64,000 nucleotides of DNA from Candidatus Latescibacterota bacterium (GTDB lineage: Bacteria > Latescibacterota > UBA2968 > UBA8231). Positions 38,730 to 48,693 of the stretch are shown one piece after another. The notes under the pieces were generated by a model. That model was not told the origin of the DNA, did no database searches, and was given only the letters and a program-made list of their open reading frames with translations. Where the stretch lies: positions 2,752,001 through 2,816,000 of the forward strand of contig CBDCDC010000002.1 in assembly GCA_965215195.1 (NCBI GenBank), in the 5' to 3' direction. How positions within the stretch are numbered: position 1 is the stretch's first letter; every line of letters begins with the position of its first letter. Position numbers and translations under genes: made by a program.

Positions 38730-40298
38730 ATGACAGAGCAAATGGCCGCGCCCAACTACGGCATTATGTACAACTGGGACGGTGCGCCCCACGGCTACAG
38801 CGAGTACCCCCAATCGCTGGCGCAGTTCCTCGACAAGGTGTACGCGCCGTTGGCGGATACTCAGGTGGGGGCTTTGTGCTGGTGCGTGGGCGTCCACGAG
38901 GTGCCTTGGCCGTCGCAGCAATTGGATGTGGTAGGAGCATCGACCGAGCGGCGCTACGATTCCGTGCAGACTATGCGCCACACCGAAAACATCCGCGCCT
39001 TTTTCGAGCGGGGGGACGATTTGTACGGGGCGCTGGTGCAGCGCGGGCGCGATCTGGGCATGGCGGTGCTGCCGTCGCTGCGCATGAACGACAACCACTT
39101 CTGGGATTTGCGCCCGGGCGATCTGGGCGGCTTGCAACGGGCCGAGCTGACGCCGCTGCGGCAGCAGCACCCGGAGTGGCTTTTGGGCGAGGAGCAGGCA
39201 CCGGGCTGGGCTTCGACTTCGTGGAATATGGCCATCCCCCAAGTGCGGGCGTACCTCTTGCAGCGCGTCGTCGAAGCCTGCAGCTTGGCCGATTGGGACG
39301 GCGTCGAATTGGATTGGCAGCGGCACGCCTTTCACTTGCCAGCCGACGATGCGTACCGCCTGCGCTACGTTTTGACCGATCTCATGCGGGCCGTGCGGGC
39401 GCAGACCGCCCAGATCGCCCAAGAGCGAGGGCGGCCCTTTCACGTGGCCGTGCGGGTGGCCACGACCTTTGAAGCCTGCCGCCGCATTGGCTACGATGTC
39501 GAGACTTGGGTGCGAGATGGCTTGTGCGACGTGGTTATCAGCGGCGGCAATTCCGGGACCGATGTAGGGGCCGAGGTCGAGCGGTTTGTCGAGTTGTGCC
39601 GTCCCCACGGCGTGCGCTTCTACGCTGGCTTTGACTCGGACGGGCGGCAGCAAGCGCGGCGGCTGCGGCCCCACCGGGCGTGGCGGGTGGATTGGTTCCG
39701 CGGCTTGGCCCAAGACCAGCTAGCGCGCGGGGCGGACGGGGTGTACGCGTTCAACTGGCACGGCCATGCCCAGACGCACCGACCATTGCTCACCACGATG
39801 GGGTCGGCAGCAACGCTGACCGGCCTAGACAAAGTGTACACCGCCCTGCACCGCAGCATTGGCCCCAAGACCGGCAACCGGGTGGATGCCGAGCGCGACG
39901 ATCGCCTGTACGGCGAGGTTCCGGTGACGCTGTATCCCACCTCAACGGACAGTGGGCCGGTCTTCCACGTCCGCGTCGCCGACGAGGTCGAGACCGAGGG
40001 CCCGTTGGCTGCCGCCGAGTTGCAGATCGAAATGGCCCACTGGTCGCCTGCCGATCAGATCGAAGTGATGTTGGACGGGGTCGCGTTGCCAGTGCCAGTG
40101 GTGCGCGATGCCGCGGCCGAAGATGCGGCCGATCCGAGCGATGTGTCGGAGAACGCTTGGCTTTGCTGGCGCTTGACCGCGGCCCAAGTGGGGCGCGGCG
40201 TCCGCCAAGTGCGGCTGCGTCTGCTGGAGCGGGATGCGCGGCTGCGGGTGCCCTTGCGGGTTGAGCAAGTGGAAATCTATTTGCAGTACCGCCGATAG
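38730..40298 (+). CDS. Glycosyl hydrolase-like (GHL10/TIM-barrel) protein
   Basis: YNWDG, SLRMND.H, HPEWL and DGVELDW motifs. Confidence 0.65.
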   Translation: MTEQMAAPNYGIMYNWDGAPHGYSEYPQSLAQFLDKVYAPLADTQVGALCWCVGVHEVPWPSQQLDVVGASTERRYDSVQTMRHTENIRAFFERGDDLYGALVQRGRDLGMAVLPSLRMNDNHFWDLRPGDLGGLQRAELTPLRQQHPEWLLGEEQAPGWASTSWNMAIPQVRAYLLQRVVEACSLADWDGVELDWQRHAFHLPADDAYRLRYVLTDLMRAVRAQTAQIAQERGRPFHVAVRVATTFEACRRIGYDVETWVRDGLCDVVISGGNSGTDVGAEVERFVELCRPHGVRFYAGFDSDGRQQARRLRPHRAWRVDWFRGLAQDQLARGADGVYAFNWHGHAQTHRPLLTTMGSAATLTGLDKVYTALHRSIGPKTGNRVDAERDDRLYGEVPVTLYPTSTDSGPVFHVRVADEVETEGPLAAAELQIEMAHWSPADQIEVMLDGVALPVPVVRDAAAEDAADPSDVSENAWLCWRLTAAQVGRGVRQVRLRLLERDARLRVPLRVEQVEIYLQYRR

Positions 40299-40386
40299 TC
40301 TGTCGCCTTACTACACGACACCAGCCCTCAGCCTGCCAAGGATCGAGGGCATCTTGCCCTCGGCGAGGGCGGGGAAAGAGAAAATT

Positions 40387-40620
40387 ATGAAAAAGATTGA
40401 GACTGAGACGGACGACGAACTTCGTCCGGAGTACGATTTGAAGAGTTTACGGGTGAGAAAGGTTGGCCCTAAGCGGAAGAACTTCAGGGGACGATCGGTC
40501 CATTTGGAACCAGATGTCGCTGAGATTTTTCCGGATTCTGAGTCCGTGAACGAGGCACTGCGGTTTTTAATTCGAGTGACCCAAGAACATAAACCTGCAC
40601 TCACCAGCGCACCGCAATAG
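40387..40620 (+). CDS. BrnA-like antitoxin, orphan
   Basis: DELRPEYD...V.LEPDVAE.F.DSESVNEALR motif. Confidence 0.7.
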   Translation: MKKIETETDDELRPEYDLKSLRVRKVGPKRKNFRGRSVHLEPDVAEIFPDSESVNEALRFLIRVTQEHKPALTSAPQ

Positions 40621-40658
40621 AGGTGGTCGGGGCATACCCGAAACTTTGAGGAGGCGTC

Positions 40659-41915
40659 GTGAAAGTCACGGAGATAGAAGTACGCGAAATCAGCCTAGAG
40701 TACCAAGACTGGATCGCCTATCCGGTCAGCCATTACCAAGGCGTGACCCGGCGCACGGTGTACGTGGCCCACACCGATACCGGGCTGATCGGCCTAGGCG
40801 AGAGCGGCCGCACCGAGCCGCGGGAAGTAATCGACCAGTACCTAGGCAGTAATCCCTTCGAGTGGATGGGCGACGAAGTCTCCCTCGGGCTGGGCACGGC
40901 CATGTACGATTTGATGGGTCAGGCCGCAGGAGTGCCGGTGTACAAGCTCTTCGGCCAGAAGTACCGCTCGTGGGTGCCGGTGGGCAGTTGGACCGTGTCG
41001 AGCGCTCCCAGCCACATGGCCGAGGCCGTGGAGCGCTACGCCGCCCAAGGCTACACTTGGCTCAAGTTCCACTTGTCGCCCTTTGAGAACGTCTTCGACC
41101 AGACCGAGGCCATGCAGGCCGCGGCCCCGCCCGGCTTCAAGATCCACTACGATTTTACCGGCGGCGGCACCAATGACCACATACCGGATCTGCTGGCTAG
41201 GTTGGCCCAATATCCCATTGCCGGCTGCTTTGAAGATTCGCTCAATGCCGGCGACACCTTGGCGTCGATTGACTTGCGCCGGCGCATTCCCCTGCCCATC
41301 GTGCGCCACCAAGCGCCGCTGAACGCCACGTACGAGGTGCTGATGGGGGCGGGAGACGTGTACATGCGCGGCCACCAGAAAATTGGCGAGGCGATCCGCG
41401 CCGCGGGCCTGTTCGCCGCTGGCAATATACCGTTTATGTTGCAAAACGTGGGCGGCGCGATCACCCGAGCCATGGTTTGCCACATGATGGCGGCCTTTCC
41501 CTCCGCCACCTTCCACTTTATCGACAGCAGCGAAATTCTCAAGGACGAAGTGGTGCGCGAGTGCCTAGAGCCGATCAATGGGCTTATTCGAGTGCCGGAA
41601 AAGCCGGGCTTGGGCCTGACTCTGGACCGCGGCGAGTTGGAACGGCTAACGAACCGGGAATTGCCGCCCGTCGAACCGTGGATCGTCAAATCGCAATTCG
41701 CCAATGGGACGCGCATGTACAATAGATACGACCCTCTGACGACGCGCCATTTCCTGATTCGGCCCGACTGGACCCGCGGCGGGCTGCCCCATAGCTACGC
41801 CGCGCCCATTGAGACCGAGTACTGGGACGACGACGGCACGCCCGAATTCGCCCGGATGATGGCGCGGTTGGTGGACGAGGGAACGGTATTGGAGGAAGGT
41901 TTTGCGGCCGGTTAG
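40659..41915 (+). CDS. Mandelate racemase/muconate lactonizing enzyme (enolase superfamily)
   Basis: TDTGLIGLGE, MYDLMG...GVPVYKLFG and VPEKPGLG motifs. Confidence 0.85.
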   Translation: MKVTEIEVREISLEYQDWIAYPVSHYQGVTRRTVYVAHTDTGLIGLGESGRTEPREVIDQYLGSNPFEWMGDEVSLGLGTAMYDLMGQAAGVPVYKLFGQKYRSWVPVGSWTVSSAPSHMAEAVERYAAQGYTWLKFHLSPFENVFDQTEAMQAAAPPGFKIHYDFTGGGTNDHIPDLLARLAQYPIAGCFEDSLNAGDTLASIDLRRRIPLPIVRHQAPLNATYEVLMGAGDVYMRGHQKIGEAIRAAGLFAAGNIPFMLQNVGGAITRAMVCHMMAAFPSATFHFIDSSEILKDEVVRECLEPINGLIRVPEKPGLGLTLDRGELERLTNRELPPVEPWIVKSQFANGTRMYNRYDPLTTRHFLIRPDWTRGGLPHSYAAPIETEYWDDDGTPEFARMMARLVDEGTVLEEGFAAG

Positions 41916-44271
41916 TTCCATGCTGGGAATAGCTATATCCGCCGTTTTGGTCGTGGGACTGGCCCCGCCGGCGCACACCCAAATCTACATCGGTCTGTTG
42001 CTTGATTTTGCGGCCGAGGCAACCCATGCCGAAAGTGAGTTGGCCCTCCTGCAGGAAGAGATCCACAAGGTGCTAGGAGCTGATACGTCGGTCCATTTCC
42101 TCCCTGAGCATCTGCGTTTTACGGCCGGGCGTGCGGATCGAGCAGCAGCCGACTATCAGTCCCTAGCCGACGATCCGGCCGTTGATTTGATCATTGCCGC
42201 TGGGGCGGTGAGCGCCGCGATGCTGGCTGGGCGGGACGCCCTGCCCAAGCCGACGATCGCCGTGGGGATATTGGATGTGGACTTGCAGAAGATGCCCTTG
42301 GCCGAGCCGGGCGTCTCCGGGGTACACAATTTTACCTATGTCCTCAGTGCCCATTCGCTACAAAAGGACTTGGCGGCGTTCCACCGCATCTATCCTTTTG
42401 CACATCTGGCCGTCATCGTCAGTGAAGACCTGAAAGGCGATCTGGACTACGAGGGTTTCTTCGCTCGCCTCGCGGCCCCGTACGGGGCTCGGGTGGAGGC
42501 GGTCTTTTGGGACAAGGAGGCGCCCCTCCCCGCGCTGAGCGACGCGGTCGACGCGGTCTATTTGGCGATGGTCTTTGAGCGCCGACCCGAAGCGATCGCC
42601 CCGCTGGCCGCAGCCCTCGCCGAGCGCAAGCTGCCTTCCTTTGCCATGAGCCGGCCCTATGTGGATGCGGGGATGATGGCCTGTATCGGCGACGAGAACG
42701 GTCGCGAGCAGATTTTCCGCAAGCTGGCCCTCATCGTCGAAGGTATCGTCTTAGGAGAAGAACTGGCGGCGATGCCCGTGCGGCTCAACTTCGACGAGCA
42801 ATTGGTGCTCAATACCTCAGTTGTCCAACGAATCGGTCTTGACCTTTCCTTTGAAACGCTGTTTTCCGCTCGCTTTCTCGCGGCCGACGAACCCGCTACT
42901 GATCGCCTCTTGAGTTTGCAGGACGTTGTCGTGGAGGGCCTGCAGAGCAACCTCGACCTCCGCATCGAGAAGCGCAATGTCGAGCTAATTGGCGAGGATA
43001 TTCGCCGCGCCAAGTCGTCGCTCTTGCCCACCGTAGAGGCCGCGGCGACCGTGGTGCAGATCGACCCGCAAGTCGCCGAGCTCGCCTTGGGTCGGCAGCC
43101 CGAGCGCACCGGCGCAGGAACGGGTACTTTGCAGCAGGTGGTATTTTCCGAGCAGGTCTTGGCCAACATCAAAATTCAACAGTACCTCGCCGAGGCCGCC
43201 CGCCACCAAGCCGACCTCGTGGCGCTGGACGTGGTGCTGAATTTGTCCACGGCCTATTTCGATATCCTGCTGGCCAAGACCGGGGTGCGCATCCAAGAGG
43301 AAAATCTCGAGGCCTCGCGCCGCAACCTCGAGATCGCCCGCACCCGCCACGCGGTGGGCTATGCCGGCGTGGCCGATGTCTTCCGCTGGGAGAGCGAAGT
43401 GGCCCGGGCCACCCAAGCCTCAATTGAGGCGTTCAATGCCCTCTACTTGGCCAAAGTGCAACTCAATCGCTTGCTCAACCGGGCGGCTATCGACGAGGAC
43501 TTCGAGGTGGTGGACGCCCGTCTTTCCGACGAACTCTTCGGCCGCTTTGACCCCACCCGCATCGGCCGCTTGATCGACAATCCCCGCGACTTGGAGGTTC
43601 TGACCGACTTTCTCGTCGCAGAGGCCCTGCAAAACATGCCTTCGCTCAAACAGCTAGCGGCCAATGTAAAAGCGGTCGAACGCCAGCAGCGGATGAATCG
43701 CCGGCTGTACTACCTGCCTACCGTAGCTTTGCGCGGACAGGCCGACTACACCTTTTGGCGCACTGGCAAGGGGGTGCCGCGGCCGACCGCCGACCACCGC
43801 GACGCCACCTGGAACTTGGCGCTCACCTTTTCCTACCCTCTCTTTCAGGGCCACCAGCGCAAGATCGCCCTCGATCAGACCGCGATCCAACAGCAGCAAC
43901 TCCGCCTTCAGGAAGAGCGTTTGCGCCAGCAACTCTCCCAAGCCGTACAGATCCGCATGACTAACTTGGTGTCCAAGCGCACCAACATACGCTTTGCCGA
44001 GGTGGCGGCGGCAAGTGCCCAAAAGAACTTTGAACTGGTGCAAGACGCCTATCAAAAGGGCCAACTCGAAATCGCCCAACTGGTAGATGCCCAACGAGCC
44101 GCCCTTTCTGCTCGCGAGGCCGAGGCCGGGGCCGTTTATGAATACTTGGTCAGCTATCTGCGGCTGGAAAACAGCATTGGCGCCTACACCATGCTCATGA
44201 CCCCGGAGGAGCAGGAGGCCTTTAGCGGGCGCTTGACGGCCTTCTTCTCCCAAAAATCAAGCGCACCATGA
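41902..44271 (+). CDS. TolC-family outer membrane protein with N-terminal periplasmic binding-like domain
   Basis: C-terminal OEP repeats (SLLPTV, AYFDIL, YLPTV, AYQKG) preceded by about 320 extra aa. Confidence 0.8.
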   Translation: MRPVSSMLGIAISAVLVVGLAPPAHTQIYIGLLLDFAAEATHAESELALLQEEIHKVLGADTSVHFLPEHLRFTAGRADRAAADYQSLADDPAVDLIIAAGAVSAAMLAGRDALPKPTIAVGILDVDLQKMPLAEPGVSGVHNFTYVLSAHSLQKDLAAFHRIYPFAHLAVIVSEDLKGDLDYEGFFARLAAPYGARVEAVFWDKEAPLPALSDAVDAVYLAMVFERRPEAIAPLAAALAERKLPSFAMSRPYVDAGMMACIGDENGREQIFRKLALIVEGIVLGEELAAMPVRLNFDEQLVLNTSVVQRIGLDLSFETLFSARFLAADEPATDRLLSLQDVVVEGLQSNLDLRIEKRNVELIGEDIRRAKSSLLPTVEAAATVVQIDPQVAELALGRQPERTGAGTGTLQQVVFSEQVLANIKIQQYLAEAARHQADLVALDVVLNLSTAYFDILLAKTGVRIQEENLEASRRNLEIARTRHAVGYAGVADVFRWESEVARATQASIEAFNALYLAKVQLNRLLNRAAIDEDFEVVDARLSDELFGRFDPTRIGRLIDNPRDLEVLTDFLVAEALQNMPSLKQLAANVKAVERQQRMNRRLYYLPTVALRGQADYTFWRTGKGVPRPTADHRDATWNLALTFSYPLFQGHQRKIALDQTAIQQQQLRLQEERLRQQLSQAVQIRMTNLVSKRTNIRFAEVAAASAQKNFELVQDAYQKGQLEIAQLVDAQRAALSAREAEAGAVYEYLVSYLRLENSIGAYTMLMTPEEQEAFSGRLTAFFSQKSSAP

Positions 44272-45437
44272 AGCGAGGTACTATGCCAAAGCGGAATTTC
44301 GCCGCGGTTTCACAACGCCCTTTGGGCGTCGCCGGCTGCTGCGGGCGCTTTGCCCACGCTGTTGTCGGTATGGCCCCGCTGCTGGCGCTGGGCCTAGGGA
44401 TTGGCTGCGGCTCCGAAGCGGAGGTTGCTGAACCCGCCATTCGCCCGGTAAAATACGCCGCAGTCCGTCCCGCCAGCGCCGTCCAGAGCCAGCGTTTTGC
44501 CGGCACCGCCAAAGCCGGCATCGAAGCGAGGCTCAGCTTTAGAGCGGGGGGGCTCATCGAATCGATCAATGTAAAGGTGGGCGACCCAGTCCAAGCGGGC
44601 CAGCGCATTGCCGCGCTCGATAGCCGGGATGCGGTCCTCGCGTATGAACGGGCTAGGGCCGCGCTGGAAAACGCCCGGGTGCAAAAGGCCAATGCCCAGT
44701 CCAACCTCATTCGCGTGCGCCAGCTCTACCAAGTCAACAACGTCTCCTTGGCCGAGTACGAACAAGCCAAAAACGGTTTTGCCTCGGCTACTTCGAGCTA
44801 CGAATCGGCCCAGAAGAGTTTGGATTTGCAGGAGCGCCAGTTGGGATATAACGAGATATACGCCCCGGTCGCGGGCATAGTCAGCGCGGTCCACAACGAG
44901 GTCAACGAAGTGGTCCAGGCCGGTGCGCCCCTGATAGAGCTCAGTGCGGGAGACGATATCGAAATGGAGGTGGGCGTACCCGAGGGCTATATTGCGCAAA
45001 TCCAGATCGGCGATCGGGTGCGCGTGCGCTTTTCAGCCCTGCCCGGTCGGGACTTTGCGGCCGAGGTGCGCGAGACCGCCTATGCGCTCAACGCTTCGAG
45101 CACGTATCCCGTCATCGTGCGCCTCGAAGCCCCCGCCCCCTCCATCAGGCCCGGCATGGCCGGCGAGGTGGAGTTTCGCTTTGGCATCCGCGGGCCATTG
45201 GACCCGCTCGTAGTGCCCGTCAAAGCGGTAGGGGAAGACACCCAAGGTCCATTTGTCTTTGTCATAGACGAGGTCGACAAGGGCATGGGCACCGTCCACA
45301 GACGGCCGATCCGCATCGGCAAACTGTTGGCGGACGGTTTTGTCGTGGAAGAAGGGCTCGCCGACCGGGAATTGGTCGCTACGGCGGGCCTCAGATCGCT
45401 CTTAAATGGAATGAAAGTGCGCCTTTTGCAGGAGTGA
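44268..45437 (+). CDS. RND efflux periplasmic adaptor
   Basis: IRPVK, LSFRAGG.I..I.V..GD.V..GQ, IYAPVAG and RPGM motifs; start uncertain. Confidence 0.9.
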   Translation: MKRGTMPKRNFAAVSQRPLGVAGCCGRFAHAVVGMAPLLALGLGIGCGSEAEVAEPAIRPVKYAAVRPASAVQSQRFAGTAKAGIEARLSFRAGGLIESINVKVGDPVQAGQRIAALDSRDAVLAYERARAALENARVQKANAQSNLIRVRQLYQVNNVSLAEYEQAKNGFASATSSYESAQKSLDLQERQLGYNEIYAPVAGIVSAVHNEVNEVVQAGAPLIELSAGDDIEMEVGVPEGYIAQIQIGDRVRVRFSALPGRDFAAEVRETAYALNASSTYPVIVRLEAPAPSIRPGMAGEVEFRFGIRGPLDPLVVPVKAVGEDTQGPFVFVIDEVDKGMGTVHRRPIRIGKLLADGFVVEEGLADRELVATAGLRSLLNGMKVRLLQE

Positions 45438-45453
45438 ACCAGCGACGCAATTT

Positions 45454-48400
45454 ATGAATCTCACCAAGATTGCCCTAGAAAACAACCGCGTCACCATCAT
45501 GGCCTTGCTGATGGTTCTGGCGCTGGGGGTGGCGAGCTATCAAACGATGCCGCGCGATAGCATGCCGCCCTACACGGTGCGCACCGCCTCGGTGGTGACC
45601 CGTTTTCCCGGCGTCGGGCCCGAGCGGGTTGAGGCCCTGATTACTGGCAAAATCGAAGAAGTGGCTCAAGAGTTGCCCGAGTTGAAAACCGTCACCAGTA
45701 CGTCGCAAAGCGGGCTATCGGTCGTTTCGCTACAGCTAAAGCAAGAAGTTCCCCCAACCGAACTCCAAGCCGTATGGGACCGATTGCGCCGCAAGCTCGA
45801 GACCATCCACTCAGATCTGCCCGAAGGGATCCACGGGCCCACGGTCAAGGACGATGGACTCGGGGTGGTGTACGGCATTGTGATCGGCCTGATAGGCGAT
45901 GGCTTCACTTTTGCCGAACTCGAGACGTACGCCCAAGACCTGCGCGACGACTTAATCAAGCTAGCCGACGCTTCCGAGGTAAAAATAAGCGGCACTCAGG
46001 AGGAGCAGATCTATCTGGAGTTCAACAACGCCCGCCTGGCCGAGCTGGGCCTTTCCGCCCATATGATCAAGAACAACATCGCCAGTACCAATATCGTCTT
46101 TTCCGGTGGCGAGGTCAGTTTGGAGGACGAGCGCGTAGTGGTCGAACCGACCGGCAGTTACGCCGACTTGGAAGAGCTGGGGCGGACCTTGGTGTCGGTG
46201 GGCAAGGGCGGGAGCGTTTACCTCGGCGATATTACCCGCATTGTACGAGCCTACAAGACCCCCCGACAGCGACTGGTCAGAATCAACGGTCAGCCGGGCT
46301 TGGCGCTCTCGGTGGCGCTCAGCAAAGGGGCCAATATCGTCAAGCTGGGCAAGGAAATCGACCAGTTGCTCGCCAGCCACCAAGCGCGGCTACCCTTGGG
46401 TATAACCTTTAACAGGGCCGCTTCTCAGGATTTTGAGGTGGAGCAATCCGTCGCCGACTTCACCCGCAATCTCCTGCAAAGCGTCGTTGTCGTCCTTTTA
46501 TCCATGCTGCTCTTTTTGGGGCTGCGCACCGGCTTGGTAGTGGCCAGCCTCATCCCCATGGCCATCGTTGCGACCCTTTTTGTCCTGAGCCTGCTCGATC
46601 TCGGTCTCAACCAAGTGTCGCTGGCGGCGCTGATCATGGCCTTGGGCATGTTGGTGGATAATGCCATTGTGGTGTCCGAAGCAATCGCGGTCAAGATGGA
46701 AAAGGGTGCCACCGCCAAAGAGGCCGCCATGGCAGCGACTGGGGAACTGACCGTTCCTCTCCTCGTCTCTTCGCTGACCACTTCAGCCGCTTTCTTGTGC
46801 TTCTTCTTGGCCGAATCGATCATGGGCGAGGTCGTCGGGCCGCTTTTCAGTGTGATTTCCATAGCCCTGCTGTCCTCTTGGTTGCTCTCCCTGACGATGG
46901 TCGCGCTGTTGGCAGTAGCTTTCATCAAGGTAAAACAGATCCCGGCAAAAAGAACCTTCTTTGAGCGCTTCAACAGCTATTACAAAAGCTGGCTCCTGCA
47001 AGCCCTCGAGCGGCCCTATTCCTTTACGGCCGGCATCGTCGGCTTGTTTGTAAGCTCCCTTTTAGGCTTTGGCTTGCTGCCTTTTATCTTTTTTCCCGAC
47101 AGCGAACGCAACTTGGTCACGGTGGATCTGAATTGGCCCTTGGGCACCAAGTTTGAGACGACATCTGCGCGGGTAAAACAGCTCGAGTCGCATATTGCGG
47201 ATAGCCTCCTCGTAGGCGCACAACGGCAGCGCGGGGTAGTGGACTGGTCGACTTTTGTCGGCGCGGGACCGCCTTCCTACGACTTGGGTTATCAGGCGGG
47301 CGAAGCCAAGTCGAGCTATGCGCACATGTTGCTCAACACCAGTGCGGGCGCAGACAACGAGTGGGTGATCAGCCGCTTGAATGCGTTTTGCTTTGCTGCC
47401 TTTCCCGACGCCGAAATACGGATTGCAAAATTGGCCGGCGGCGGGGGCGGCGGCGGTGCAGATGTGGAGGTGCGAGTCGTGGGGGCCGATCCAGACGAGT
47501 TGTTCGGCATTGCCGAGCGCATCAAGCAAAAACTCAACGAGATGGCCGGTGTACACAATATCGGCGATGATTGGGGGCCTAAAATCAAAAAAGTCGCCAT
47601 TGACATCGACCAGTCCAAGGCCCAGCGCGCCGGCCTGACCAATCAGGATATTGCCCTTTCGCTGCAGACTGCGCTCACCGGGTTTGATATGGGCGCTTTC
47701 CGCGAGGGCGACCAAAGTATTCCCATTGTCCTGCGCAACGAAAGCAGCGAGGACCTCGATGTGCGCCAGCTAGAGAGTATCAACATCTACGCCCAAGGTT
47801 GGGGCAATAATGTGCCTCTGGGACAAGTGGCGCACATTCTGCCTCAGTGGCAATTCGCCAAGATCAAACGGCGCGATCTGTACCGCACCTTGACCGTGAG
47901 TTGCGATGTCAAAAGCGGCTTTACGGCGCAGGATATCACCGACGCGCTCGTACCCTATCTCGAGGAAGCCAGCCAATCTTGGAAGCCGGGTTATGGCTAC
48001 GAATTGGGCGGCGAATCCGAGCAAAGTGCCGAGGCCATGGGCGCGGTCGCCGCCAAGTTGCCCCTATCCGGCTTTATCATCTTGGCGCTATTGATCGTCC
48101 AGTTCAACTCCTTCCGCAAGACCTTCATCGTCCTGAGCACCATTCCCCTCGGTCTGATCGGAGTCGTAGTCGGCTTGCTCGTCTTCCGCTCGTTCTTCGG
48201 TTTCTTCGCCTTTCTCGGCTTGATCTCGCTGGCCGGTATTGTCATCAACAACGCCATTGTGCTTCTGGACCGCATACAAATCGAACTGGATCAGTTCGGG
48301 CGGCCCCCCATGGAGGCCATCGTGGCCGCGGCGCAGCAGCGTTTTCGCCCCATTCTACTCACCACGTGTACGACGACGCTGGGGCTCATTCCCCTCTATT

Positions 48401-48519
48401 TGGGCGGCGGGCTGATGTGGGAGCCCATGGCGGTGGCCATTATGTCGGGTTTGCTTTTTGCTACGGTGATCACCTTGTTCTTCGTGCCGGTGCTCTACAA
48501 AATTCTCTTTGCAGTCTGA
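45454..48519 (+). CDS. RND efflux transporter (AcrB family)
   Basis: 1021 aa; ALGMLVDNAIVV, GIVINNAIVL and RFRPILLT motifs. Confidence 0.95.
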   Translation: MNLTKIALENNRVTIMALLMVLALGVASYQTMPRDSMPPYTVRTASVVTRFPGVGPERVEALITGKIEEVAQELPELKTVTSTSQSGLSVVSLQLKQEVPPTELQAVWDRLRRKLETIHSDLPEGIHGPTVKDDGLGVVYGIVIGLIGDGFTFAELETYAQDLRDDLIKLADASEVKISGTQEEQIYLEFNNARLAELGLSAHMIKNNIASTNIVFSGGEVSLEDERVVVEPTGSYADLEELGRTLVSVGKGGSVYLGDITRIVRAYKTPRQRLVRINGQPGLALSVALSKGANIVKLGKEIDQLLASHQARLPLGITFNRAASQDFEVEQSVADFTRNLLQSVVVVLLSMLLFLGLRTGLVVASLIPMAIVATLFVLSLLDLGLNQVSLAALIMALGMLVDNAIVVSEAIAVKMEKGATAKEAAMAATGELTVPLLVSSLTTSAAFLCFFLAESIMGEVVGPLFSVISIALLSSWLLSLTMVALLAVAFIKVKQIPAKRTFFERFNSYYKSWLLQALERPYSFTAGIVGLFVSSLLGFGLLPFIFFPDSERNLVTVDLNWPLGTKFETTSARVKQLESHIADSLLVGAQRQRGVVDWSTFVGAGPPSYDLGYQAGEAKSSYAHMLLNTSAGADNEWVISRLNAFCFAAFPDAEIRIAKLAGGGGGGGADVEVRVVGADPDELFGIAERIKQKLNEMAGVHNIGDDWGPKIKKVAIDIDQSKAQRAGLTNQDIALSLQTALTGFDMGAFREGDQSIPIVLRNESSEDLDVRQLESINIYAQGWGNNVPLGQVAHILPQWQFAKIKRRDLYRTLTVSCDVKSGFTAQDITDALVPYLEEASQSWKPGYGYELGGESEQSAEAMGAVAAKLPLSGFIILALLIVQFNSFRKTFIVLSTIPLGLIGVVVGLLVFRSFFGFFAFLGLISLAGIVINNAIVLLDRIQIELDQFGRPPMEAIVAAAQQRFRPILLTTCTTTLGLIPLYLGGGLMWEPMAVAIMSGLLFATVITLFFVPVLYKILFAV

Positions 48520-48693
48520 AGCGGGCGAGTTGCGAGAGAAGAATGGAAAAGAGCAGGCCGCGAGTTTTTCGCAAAAGGACGCCTCGTACGAAGCGCCTGC
48601 TGAAAACCGCATCAGTTCCACCCGACGACGGCCCTAATCTGGGCTGTTTTTTGTAGATTTTCAAAGTCGGGCTAAAGAGCTCAACGAGGAAAA

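Noticed and set aside
48520-48680. Possible second MITE between the RND transporter and the ATPase
   Set aside because: No second copy or clear terminal repeats in the window.
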